A stretch of DNA of 19,403 bases from Armatimonadota bacterium (GTDB lineage: Bacteria; Armatimonadota; Zipacnadia; Zipacnadales; UBA5352), in contig JAYENL010000295.1 of NCBI GenBank assembly GCA_034722055.1, positions 1-19,403 of the forward strand. Direction: 5' to 3'. Each line of letters opens with the position of its first letter. Within the stretch, counting starts at the first letter, position 1. The notes beneath the pieces are model-generated. The model saw nothing but the letters and a program-made list of their open reading frames with translations. It had not been told where the DNA came from and made no database searches. Shown in pieces: positions 1 through 7,628 of this stretch. Position numbers and translations under genes: made by a program.

Positions 1-145
1 CTACTGGCCCGCCGCCTTCTGGGGGCTGCTCAACGCCGGCCTGTGGCACTGGGCTTGGCTCCGACATCGCGAGGGCACACTCCGGTGGTCACCAGCCGCG
101 CGTCATGAACCGGAGGCCGGAACGGATGCCGCATCGCCACGATAG
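1..145 (+). CDS. 3' end of an upstream gene, probably a membrane protein (partial)
   Basis: Frame starting at nt 2 reads YWPAAFWGLLNAGLWHWAWLRHREG...SPR to TAG at 143-145. It has a Trp-rich hydrophobic segment and GC-rich third positions in the first half. Not in the ORF track because its start lies outside the window. Confidence 0.55.
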   Translation, partial: YWPAAFWGLLNAGLWHWAWLRHREGTLRWSPAARHEPEAGTDAASPR

Positions 146-250
146 TCCGCCAGCCAGCCTGAGGAATCGGGGGCGCGTCCCTGCGCGGTGGACAAGGGGC
201 CTCAGTTCGCATCTCCTTGTGGCGCGTGCCTGCGAGCGAGGAGCAACGGT

Positions 251-278
251 TTGCACCAGAGGCCACATGGTGTATCAT
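251..278 (+). promoter_or_regulatory. Putative sigma70-type promoter for the MATE gene
   Basis: TTGCAC (251-256), 16 nt spacer, TATCAT (273-278); an AT-richer patch in a GC-rich intergenic region. Confidence 0.45.
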
Positions 279-407
279 GTCGGGCAGATGGGAGAGCGTG
301 AGGGCGAGGGCCAGGCCCCGGCCAAGCGGTCGGGGTCTGTCGCATGATGCGGCCCCCAACGGTGCCCCGGCGGCCACACCAGCAGCCGTGCGCAGGGAGA
401 CGACAGC

Positions 408-1859
408 GTGGAGGACGACGACCAACTGCGGCGCCACGGGGGGCAGCCAGAGGGAGAGGCCGGGCCCGACGACGGGGCGTCGGAGCCGCCACAGACTGGC
501 ATGGAGCGCCGTGTGGACCTCACGGAGGGTCACCTGCTGCGGCGCATCGTCCTGCTGGCGTGGCCCATCGTCACGGCCTCCTTCCTGCAGTGGGCCATGG
601 GCGCGGCGGACATCAAGATGGTGGGCAAGCTCGGGCCCACAGCCATTGCGGCGGTGGGGCAGTCGCGCCAGGCCATCTTCACCTTCATGACCATCGTCTT
701 CGCGGTCGCCACGGGCACCCAGGTGCTGTCGGCTCGCTACATGGGCGAGCGCGACGCCCAGCGCGCGGCGGATGTCACCCGCCAGGCCGTGATCCTGTCC
801 CTGATCTTCGGCGTCATCATCGCACCGCTTGGGTACTGGCTCTCTGCGCCGCTTCTCACCGCCATGGGCGCGCGGGGCGTGGTGCACGAAGCCGCCACGC
901 AGTACATGCGCGTCTACTTCTTCGGCACCATCTCCCTGATGCTCAACTTCATGATCGTATCGTCGCTGCGTGGCGCCGGGGACACTCTCACGCCCCTGTG
1001 GGTGCTGCTGGGGATCAACTCCGGCAACATCCTCTTCGACTGGCTGCTGATCTTCGGCGTGGGGCCGTTCCCGGAGCTGGGGGTGCAGGGGGCGGCGTGG
1101 GCGGTGGTGATCTCGCGAACCGCCGGGGCGATCATCCTCCTGTGGATCGTCTGCTGCGGGCGCTTCGCCATCCACATGCCCCTCATCGACCGCTGGCGGA
1201 TCGACCTGTCGCTGTGGGGGAAGATGTTCTACATCGGCGTCCCGTCGTCGATCCAGGGCTTCACACGGAACATGGCCTTCCTATTGCTGTTCTGGATCCT
1301 CAACCAGACCGACGCTGGGCGGATGGCTGTGGCCGGCTACACTGTCTCGGTCCAGATCCGCATGTTCGGCGTGATGTTCGGACTGGCGCTGATGAGCGCG
1401 GCCATGACGGCCGTCAGCCAGAACATGGGGGCCGAGGACCCACAGCGGGCGGAGCGCTCGGGCTGGACGGTGACCTGGATCTCGGTGGCCGCCACCGGCC
1501 TGATGGCGGCGGTCTTCATCGTGGCGGCCAGGCTCCTGATCGGCTTCTTCACCACCGACGCCGAGACCATCAAGTGGGGCGTCATCGCCCTCATCACGCT
1601 CTCGGCGGCGCTGCCCTTTACGGGCGCCTCCATGGGCTGCTCGGGCGCCCTCCGCGGCGCCGGCGACACCCTCTCGCCCCTCTACGCCAGCCTCATCTTC
1701 ACCTCCGGCGTCGGCCCGGCGATGGCCTACACCCTCACTGTGGTCCTGGACCTGGGGCCCTTCGGCGCCTGGCTGGGCCTCTCCGCCGCCTGGGTGATGC
1801 AGTCGCTGATGGTGGCCTGGATCTTCAAGCGCGGAAAGTGGAAGCAGATCAGGCTGTGA
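408..1859 (+). CDS. MATE family (multidrug and toxic compound extrusion) transporter, NorM/DinF/MepA-like
   Basis: 483 aa with about 12 hydrophobic segments. Typical MATE motifs: DLTEG..LRRIVLLAWP, D..MVGKLG..AIAAVG, two copies of LRGAGDTLxPL, FGVGPFPELGVQGAAWA, C-terminal GKWK. GTG start after AGGGAG; alternative ATG at 501. Confidence 0.93.
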   Translation: MEDDDQLRRHGGQPEGEAGPDDGASEPPQTGMERRVDLTEGHLLRRIVLLAWPIVTASFLQWAMGAADIKMVGKLGPTAIAAVGQSRQAIFTFMTIVFAVATGTQVLSARYMGERDAQRAADVTRQAVILSLIFGVIIAPLGYWLSAPLLTAMGARGVVHEAATQYMRVYFFGTISLMLNFMIVSSLRGAGDTLTPLWVLLGINSGNILFDWLLIFGVGPFPELGVQGAAWAVVISRTAGAIILLWIVCCGRFAIHMPLIDRWRIDLSLWGKMFYIGVPSSIQGFTRNMAFLLLFWILNQTDAGRMAVAGYTVSVQIRMFGVMFGLALMSAAMTAVSQNMGAEDPQRAERSGWTVTWISVAATGLMAAVFIVAARLLIGFFTTDAETIKWGVIALITLSAALPFTGASMGCSGALRGAGDTLSPLYASLIFTSGVGPAMAYTLTVVLDLGPFGAWLGLSAAWVMQSLMVAWIFKRGKWKQIRL

Positions 1860-2030
1860 CGGACGCTGCCCCGGTCCGGTGCTGCGCTGTGAGCTGCGCA
1901 CGGTGGGCCGTTCGAGCCCGGGCGGAGGTCGGCATGGAGAAGGCGATGTGGGCGGCGGGCTGAAGGTCCCTCGCAGGGGTAATCTCACCGGCACGATGGG
2001 GATTTCTCGGCCTTTTCCCCTCAGAACCTC

Positions 2031-2059
2031 TTGCGCTTGCACGGGCAAGTACGTATACT
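2031..2059 (+). promoter_or_regulatory. sigma70-type promoter of cold-shock gene 1
   Basis: TTGCGC (2031-2036), 17 nt spacer, TATACT (2054-2059). Implies a 5' UTR of about 90 nt. Confidence 0.7.
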
Positions 2060-2158
2060 ATACGCAGTATCAGTCTGTTGTGTCGTTGTTCGAGGCGCTG
2101 CTAGGGTCACTCCCCGGCGCGCGAACAGCGCACGAAACACACGGGGAGGCAACCCGTA

Positions 2159-2395
2159 ATGGCGACCGGGACGGTCAAGTGGTTTGACGACGCGAAGGGC
2201 TACGGCTTCATCGAGCGCGAGGACGGCGAGGACGTCTTTGTGCACTACTCCGCGATCGTCGGCGAGGGCTACAAGACCCTCACGGAGGGCTCCGAGGTGG
2301 AGTTCGACGTGGAGGACGATCCCAAGGGGCCTCGCGCCGCCAACGTCATCGTGACCAAGGCGGCCCCGGCCGACGACGCCACCACGATGTGGTAG
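2159..2395 (+). CDS. cspA: Cold-shock domain protein (CspA family), copy 1
   Basis: 78 aa: GTVKWF, RNP1 KGYGFI, RNP2 [23 protein letters not shown] upstream. The symbol denotes the family, not orthology. Confidence 0.97.
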   Translation: MATGTVKWFDDAKGYGFIEREDGEDVFVHYSAIVGEGYKTLTEGSEVEFDVEDDPKGPRAANVIVTKAAPADDATTMW

Positions 2396-2417
2396 TCTGA
2401 CGCGTGGTCACAGCGCG

Positions 2418-2449
2418 GACGCCCGGCTTCCGGCCGGGCGTCACTTATT
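2418..2449 (+). terminator. Hairpin / probable intrinsic terminator after csp copy 1
   Basis: GACGCCCGGC (2418-2427) pairs perfectly with GCCGGGCGTC (2433-2442), followed by a weak U-rich tail ACTTATT. Confidence 0.55.
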
Positions 2450-2504
2450 GGGCCGACCGTCGCCGGGAGGGCGTGGGGCTCACGGCCTCTCGGACGCAGC
2501 GTCC

Positions 2505-2534
2505 TTGCACGCCCTCCGGGGCGTGTGCTATTAT
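2505..2534 (+). promoter_or_regulatory. sigma70-type promoter (extended -10) of cold-shock gene 2
   Basis: TTGCAC (2505-2510), 18 nt spacer, TATTAT (2529-2534) preceded by TGn (TGC). Confidence 0.65.
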
Positions 2535-2653
2535 TCTGGTGCATTAACTCGGCGGCGAGACCGCCGGCCTCTGTTGTTGTTCGGCGCGCTTGCGGCACCC
2601 GCCGCGACCGCCGGCCAGGCATCGGGGGAAAAACCGGACGGAGGATGTATCGT

Positions 2654-2890
2654 ATGGCGACCGGGACAGTGAAGTGGTTCGACGACGCGAAGGGCTACGG
2701 CTTCATCGAGCGCGAGGAGGGCGAGGACGTCTTCGTGCACTACTCCGCAATCGTGGGTGAGGGGTATCGTACCCTCACCGAAGACTCCGAGGTGGAGTTC
2801 GACGTAGAGGACGATCCCAAGGGTCCGCGGGCGGCCAACGTGGTGGTCACCAAGGCCGCGCCCAGCGAAGACTCGCCGTTCGTGTGGTAG
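2654..2890 (+). CDS. cspA: Cold-shock domain protein (CspA family), copy 2
   Basis: 78 aa from ATG 2654 after GGACGGAGG; 68/78 residues identical to copy 1 by manual alignment. The ORF-track start at 2525 is too long. Confidence 0.97.
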   Translation: MATGTVKWFDDAKGYGFIEREEGEDVFVHYSAIVGEGYRTLTEDSEVEFDVEDDPKGPRAANVVVTKAAPSEDSPFVW

Positions 2891-2910
2891 AGGCCCCAGC
2901 ATTCGCGAAC

Positions 2911-2947
2911 CGCGTCCGGCCGCAACGGCCGGGCGCGCTTTCTTTTT
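2911..2947 (+). terminator. Rho-independent terminator after csp copy 2
   Basis: CGCGTCCGGCCG (2911-2922), loop CAA, CGGCCGGGCGCG (2926-2937), then CTTTCTTTTT. Confidence 0.85.
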
Positions 2948-3152
2948 GTCGCCTAACGCCCCGGTGACCACACTACAGCAGCGGTAATCGGTACAGGGGA
3001 GAGTGCGCCACCGCCCAGGTCGCCCCGACGCTGACGGACGTGCTACAGCTCGTCCACCGAACTAGTGGTGACTTGCGCAATTCCGCCTATGTTGACGACG
3101 AGCGCACTCAGCGCTTAGTCTTGGTGGTGTTGAGGATGTGCGGCATCTCCGG

Positions 3153-3428
3153 TGGAGGGGCCGCCGGGCGCGCAGCGCCCGGTGAGGCCTGTGACTGAGA
3201 CTTCGTAGAAGTCTCCCAGCGAATAGGCCTCAGGTTCCACCCCGGCCCGGCACGTGGCCCTACGCAGGGCCGAAAAGGGGCGCAGCGGGGGCGCCTGCGC
3301 TACTTAACCAGTGGGCCGGGGTGGAACCTGAGCGGTGCGTTCGGGAACGCACCGCTCACCGGAGACGCTACGCGTCTCTCCCCGCCCCCACAGCTCGCCC
3401 GCTCGCTTCGCTCGCGGCGGCCCCTCCA
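3153..3428. repeat. Nested inverted-repeat element (REP/REPIN/MITE-like or structured ncRNA)
   Basis: 14-bp outer IR 3153-3166/3415-3428; perfect 20-bp IR 3229-3248/3313-3332; 13-bp hairpin 3329-3358; 8-bp hairpins 3164-3182 and 3197-3215; 7-bp hairpin 3362-3378; 6-bp hairpins 3256-3271 and 3280-3300. The repeats are certain; their nature is not. Confidence 0.7.
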
Positions 3429-3580
3429 TGGTGGGCGCGCGTCTTGTCGGCACGCAGGAAGGTACGCGAACTTCTGCGACTCAGCACTGGCTCGCACAGG
3501 CTCTTCTCACTGTGTGGCATCCGTCCGCACTTCCCACAGATGGAGCGGCCATTGTGTGCCAGCCGGCGAGGTCCTGCACC

Positions 3581-4921
3581 CTATTCCTCTTCGCCACCCT
3601 GCACAGCTTCATCGCCAGCGGCTCTCCCTCTCCCACGCTGCTCGCCGCCGATGGCCTCCGCCAGTATGGCCTCCATATCGCGTGCCACAACGCCGGGCGA
3701 GTAGTGCTCGTCAACGGCCTCAGCGCCGGAGCCGGCCAGGCGGTCTGCCTCCCCGGCATCATCCATCAGCCCCGCCAGCGCCGCGGCAAGGGCCTCGGGC
3801 TCCTCGGGCTCAAAGAGCACGCCCCCGCCGGTCAGCTCCATCATCTCCGGGAAGATGCCCTCCTCCGGCACCACCACCGGCAGGCCCGCGGCCATCGCCT
3901 CCAGCGCCGTCGTGCCCAGCGCCTCCCGTTGGATGCTGAGCTGGCAGAAGGCGCTCAGCGAGTGCAGCAGGGCGATCTTCTCATCAAGCGGCACCTCGCC
4001 GAGGTGCTCGAAGCGATCCCCCAGGCCGGCCCGGCGCACGTCGCGCCGGATCTGCCCCCAGTAGCGCCTGCTCAGCACCTGGCCGGCGACGCGTAGCCGG
4101 AAGTCGCGGTCATCCTCGGCCAGCAGCCGGCAGGCCTCCACCAGCACGTGCAGGCCCTTGCGCGGCGTGATCACCGACAGGTAGCCGATGATGAACGGCT
4201 CCACCGCACGTGGCCGGTGGCGCCGGAGCCTCTCGGCGTCCACCGCCGAGCGCACAACCGCCATGCGCGCCGGCTCCACGTCCAGGAATCCCGCCATCTG
4301 CCCGGCGTATGCGTGGCCCGGAGCGACGAAGCGATCCACCGACCGCGCGTTGCGCCGGATCAGCTTCACGGCCTCCGACCGGTGCGGCTCGGGGATGCCC
4401 TCGATGAACCCGTCCTCCCCCTTCACCTCGCAGACGACCGCCACTGCCAGCCGGCGCTTGACCTCAGGCGCGATTCCCGACAGCATCGAGTTGGTGATGC
4501 TCACCACGTCCGGGCGCGCCTCACGCTCGAGAAAACCCACCAGGCGGTCGAGCTGGGCGCGCTGGCGTCCCTGGGCGCCGGCCAGCACCGACACGGTCAT
4601 GGGACCGAGCTGCGAGGCCGTGGTGCTGACGGCGAAGCGTGAGACGAGGCGCAGCAGGGCGGGATGGTCGAGGGCGCGCGTGATGAAGCGCGGCAGGCGC
4701 GCGAAGAGGCCGGAGAGCTGCTCCAGGCGGGCGTTGATGGCTCCCATGTGCACGTTCCTGACGGGCAGCACGTGGTCGCCCTCGATGCGCAGCGGCGTGT
4801 ACAGCGGCACGATCTGCACCTGGTGGCCGCGGGCCATCAGCGCGCGCGCCATGGCCGCGTCACGGGCGCACGCCCCGCAGTACATGCTCGCCGCGCCGGC
4901 GGCGAGGTGCACGATGCGCAT
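3581..4921 (-). CDS. Glycosyltransferase family 4 (GT-B, RfaB-like)
   Basis: 446 aa: MRIVHL start, GHQV, PDVV, GYLS.ITPRKGLHVLVEA, E-x7-E motif EALGTTALE, AMAAGLPVV. Start overlaps the upstream stop (TGATG). Confidence 0.92.
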   Translation of the reverse strand: MRIVHLAAGAASMYCGACARDAAMARALMARGHQVQIVPLYTPLRIEGDHVLPVRNVHMGAINARLEQLSGLFARLPRFITRALDHPALLRLVSRFAVSTTASQLGPMTVSVLAGAQGRQRAQLDRLVGFLEREARPDVVSITNSMLSGIAPEVKRRLAVAVVCEVKGEDGFIEGIPEPHRSEAVKLIRRNARSVDRFVAPGHAYAGQMAGFLDVEPARMAVVRSAVDAERLRRHRPRAVEPFIIGYLSVITPRKGLHVLVEACRLLAEDDRDFRLRVAGQVLSRRYWGQIRRDVRRAGLGDRFEHLGEVPLDEKIALLHSLSAFCQLSIQREALGTTALEAMAAGLPVVVPEEGIFPEMMELTGGGVLFEPEEPEALAAALAGLMDDAGEADRLAGSGAEAVDEHYSPGVVARDMEAILAEAIGGEQRGRGRAAGDEAVQGGEEE

Positions 4922-5841
4922 CAGCCCTCTTCCCCCACCATCGACTGCATCAGCGCCAGGGAGGCGATGCCGTAGTAGGTGTACTCCACGTCGGCGCCCG
5001 CGTCCGATGGCGAGGCGCCGAAGCCGCCCTGCGGCCGGGCCGCCGAGCGGATGAAGCGGGCCAGGGCAGGCAGGTCCAGCGCCGCCAGCGATCCCAGCAT
5101 GACCAGCGTCAGCAGGCCGGTGAAGCTGGAGAGCAGGTCGCCCTCCGGTGCGTCACGGTGGGCGCGGAGGCCCCCGTCGTCGGCTTGCATGCCGGCCACG
5201 AAGTCGGCCGCGCCCCGGGCCGCGTCGGCCTCCAGGCCGCCGCGTATCAGCAGCACCCCGGCCGCCGCGGCGGTGGCGTTCGTCTGGGCGCGGTCTGAGT
5301 CCCCACGCTCGACGTAGCCCCCGGAGGGCCGCTGCAGAGCCTGCAGCGCGGGCACGGGATCCGGCACGTCAGGCGCCACCTGCTCCAGCATCTGCACGCA
5401 GAGCGATCCCAGGAAAGTACCGTATGCGCTCAGCTCACCCGAGCAGGACGCGAACCCCCCGTCCGACAGCGACTGCCGCCGGACCACCTCCGCGAGATGG
5501 CCGCGGTCGATCCTGGGGACCAGCGAGCGCCGGCGGAGGAGCCGATCGATGCTGAGCATGCTGAAGGCCTCCAGCAGATTGTCGATGCCCGCAGGGATCT
5601 GTCCCAGGAAGCCCTTCGCCGTGGTCTCGAACGCCGCCGACTGCGGCGCGACCAGATCCAGCGCTCTGAGAGCGAAGTCCGTGTAGTAGAGGTCGGCCGG
5701 CCCCTCCCGGCCCGGGAAGCCGCCGCCGGGCGCCTCCTGAGCCTCGACCCATGCCGCCTGCGGGCCGATGAATCCCTCACCCAGACCGTGAGCGCCGCTG
5801 CGGAGGATGCCATCCACCAGGTCCAGGTAGCCCACTGTCAC
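4921..5841 (-). CDS. Prenyltransferase/squalene-oxidase repeat protein (single alpha/alpha barrel, GGTase-beta-like)
   Basis: About 306 aa from GTG 5841 (GTGA overlap with the upstream stop). Five QW-like repeats: QEAPGGGF, QSLSDGGF, QRPSGGY, QADDGGL, ARPQGGF. Also DLYYTDFALR and DVEYTYYGIASL. No DxDD. Confidence 0.85.
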   Translation of the reverse strand: MTVGYLDLVDGILRSGAHGLGEGFIGPQAAWVEAQEAPGGGFPGREGPADLYYTDFALRALDLVAPQSAAFETTAKGFLGQIPAGIDNLLEAFSMLSIDRLLRRRSLVPRIDRGHLAEVVRRQSLSDGGFASCSGELSAYGTFLGSLCVQMLEQVAPDVPDPVPALQALQRPSGGYVERGDSDRAQTNATAAAAGVLLIRGGLEADAARGAADFVAGMQADDGGLRAHRDAPEGDLLSSFTGLLTLVMLGSLAALDLPALARFIRSAARPQGGFGASPSDAGADVEYTYYGIASLALMQSMVGEEG

Positions 5842-7580
5842 GCCCCCGGCTGCGCGGCGGGACGCTCCCGGAGGATCGCCCTGACCAGGAAGCGCAGCAG
5901 CTCGCCGATAGCGTCCGGGCGGGCGTCGTCGGCCAGCTCCCCGCATCTCATCTTCAGGCGGTCCACCAGCACCCGGGCCTTCTCGAAGGCCCCCAACTCC
6001 TCGTAGAGGGCGCGGACCTCGGCCACGATGCGCTCGGCGCTGTCCTCCTCCGACACGCGTGAGAGGCGCTCCCAGCCGCCGGCCTGGATGGCGAAGGCGC
6101 GCAGGATCGTCGGTCGGCCGGCCAGCACATCCTGCCCCAGCGCGGCCTTGTTGCGGCGGTCCAGCCGCCAGTCCTCGAGGTCGTTGAGCACCTGGTAGGC
6201 CTCGCCGAGATAGTTTGAGAAGCGGCCCAGGAGCTCCTCATCCCGCTCCGCGCCCGAGGCCCTCAGCCCCGCATACAGCGCCACCTCGAAGGCCGGCGCG
6301 GTCTTCAGGGCGGCGATGGCGAGGGCATCGACGGGCCGGAGGGCCCCCGGCTGGCGGCGCATCCACTCCAGCTCCGCGCCCTGCCCGCGGCACAGGTCAA
6401 GCTGCGCGCGGGACAGCCGCCCCAGGATGTCAGCCACGGCCTCGGCGCCCAGCTCGCCCGAGCGCGCGGCGATCAGGCGGTAGCCCAGGCCCACCAGCCA
6501 GTCCCCGACGTTCACCGCCGGGCCGACGCCGTGCGAGCGATGCAGCGTGGGGCGGCCGTAGCGAAGCTCGTCGCCGTCGGCGATGTCATCGTGCACCAGG
6601 GAGGCCTTGTGCAGGGCCTCGATGGCCACGCCGAGGTCGCGCACGGGGTCGGTGACTAGCTCGGCAGTAGGCGCGTCGGGCGCCAGCGCCGCCACCCCAT
6701 GCGTCCCCAGCGCCCAGGCCGCCAGCGTCACGAACGGCCTCAGGCGCTTGCCTCCGCAGCGCAGCCAGTCGATTCCGACCGCCTCCACCGCGAGCATCGG
6801 GTCGGCGGTCTGGCCCTCAGCGTCGAGCTCCAGCGCCTGGGGTGTGACGTGAGGTCGCAGGATCGCGTCCATTGCCTCCCGCTCGAAGATGCGACGGGCC
6901 TCCCGCAGCAGCGGAACGGGGCTGCGCGTGGCCGACGAGGCGTCGGACCGGCTGGCCGCCAGGAGCTCCAGGATCAGCCCCGGCTCTGTCTCCGTCCGCT
7001 CGCAGCCGTCGCGGAGCAGGGGAATGGCCTGATTGGGCACGCCCAGGTCGGCGATGGGCTCGAAGGACTCGTCCAGCGACTCCAGGCAGGCCACGCCGAG
7101 AACGGCGTCGGCCTCGCCGTCAAGCACCTTCATGATCACCGAGGACGTGCCCTCGGCCACGACCACCTCGTAGCCCAAGTCTCGGGCGCGGGAGACCAGA
7201 TCGTGGATGACGCAGGCCCCGCAGCCGGCACAGTGCAGGCCGACGGAGTCGAATCGCCCCCTGCAGGCGTCGGGATCCCGCAGGCACTTCGGCAGCAGCA
7301 GCAACCGGCGGCTCGGCCGCACGGCCTCGAACTGCTCCCGCCAGAAGCCGTTGCTGACCGCCACCATGGCGAAGCCCAGGAACTCACGCGGCAGGTCCAG
7401 CCGCTGCAGCACCTGCTCGCCCAGCTCCGCGAGCGTGTCACGCGACGGCGCGGCGTCCCGTGGCACACCGCAGGCGACCTCGGCGGCGGCCTCACGTATG
7501 CGCCGCCGGACCTGGGGTGCCTGCGGGACGCGCTTGGTCTCGTCAGGCGCTGCCTGCGCGGGCACGGGCTGCCCGGTCAT
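5838..7580 (-). CDS. DUF116-like Cys-rich domain fused to a trans-polyprenyl diphosphate synthase
   Basis: 580 aa. N-terminal RRLLLLPKCLR..C...HCAGCGAC...GVACL...DGC (DUF116-like). C-terminal GGKRLRP, FARM HDDIAD..RYG.PTLH, GQGAEL, KTA, SARM YQVLNDLED. GAGGAG RBS. Confidence 0.88.
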   Translation of the reverse strand: MTGQPVPAQAAPDETKRVPQAPQVRRRIREAAAEVACGVPRDAAPSRDTLAELGEQVLQRLDLPREFLGFAMVAVSNGFWREQFEAVRPSRRLLLLPKCLRDPDACRGRFDSVGLHCAGCGACVIHDLVSRARDLGYEVVVAEGTSSVIMKVLDGEADAVLGVACLESLDESFEPIADLGVPNQAIPLLRDGCERTETEPGLILELLAASRSDASSATRSPVPLLREARRIFEREAMDAILRPHVTPQALELDAEGQTADPMLAVEAVGIDWLRCGGKRLRPFVTLAAWALGTHGVAALAPDAPTAELVTDPVRDLGVAIEALHKASLVHDDIADGDELRYGRPTLHRSHGVGPAVNVGDWLVGLGYRLIAARSGELGAEAVADILGRLSRAQLDLCRGQGAELEWMRRQPGALRPVDALAIAALKTAPAFEVALYAGLRASGAERDEELLGRFSNYLGEAYQVLNDLEDWRLDRRNKAALGQDVLAGRPTILRAFAIQAGGWERLSRVSEEDSAERIVAEVRALYEELGAFEKARVLVDRLKMRCGELADDARPDAIGELLRFLVRAILRERPAAQPGA

Positions 7581-7628
7581 CGTGCGATCTCCTCGGCGAT
7601 TGCCGGTGTGATCTGGTCTTCCGTCAGT

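Noticed and set aside
265..280. Short palindrome ACATG-N6-CATGT over the MATE -10 box as an operator
   Set aside because: The arms are only 5 bp, there is a single instance and no regulator gene lies in the window, so it cannot be distinguished from chance.
960..1685. Direct repeat encoding LRGAGDTLxPL twice
   Set aside because: This is the normal internal two-fold symmetry of MATE transporters.
344..1963. 539-aa alternate-frame ORF and the 381-aa antisense ORF (30..1175) over the MATE gene
   Set aside because: Both are Arg/Gly/Pro-rich frame shadows; the MATE frame explains the region.
2525..2653. N-terminal extension of csp copy 2
   Set aside because: It overlaps the promoter and 5' UTR; alignment with copy 1 and the RBS support ATG 2654.
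3153..3428. CRISPR array, tRNA, tmRNA or RNase P RNA interpretation of the structured region
   Set aside because: There are no regularly spaced direct repeats, no tRNA T-loop or CCA end, no RNase P GAGGAAAGUCC motif and no cas genes.
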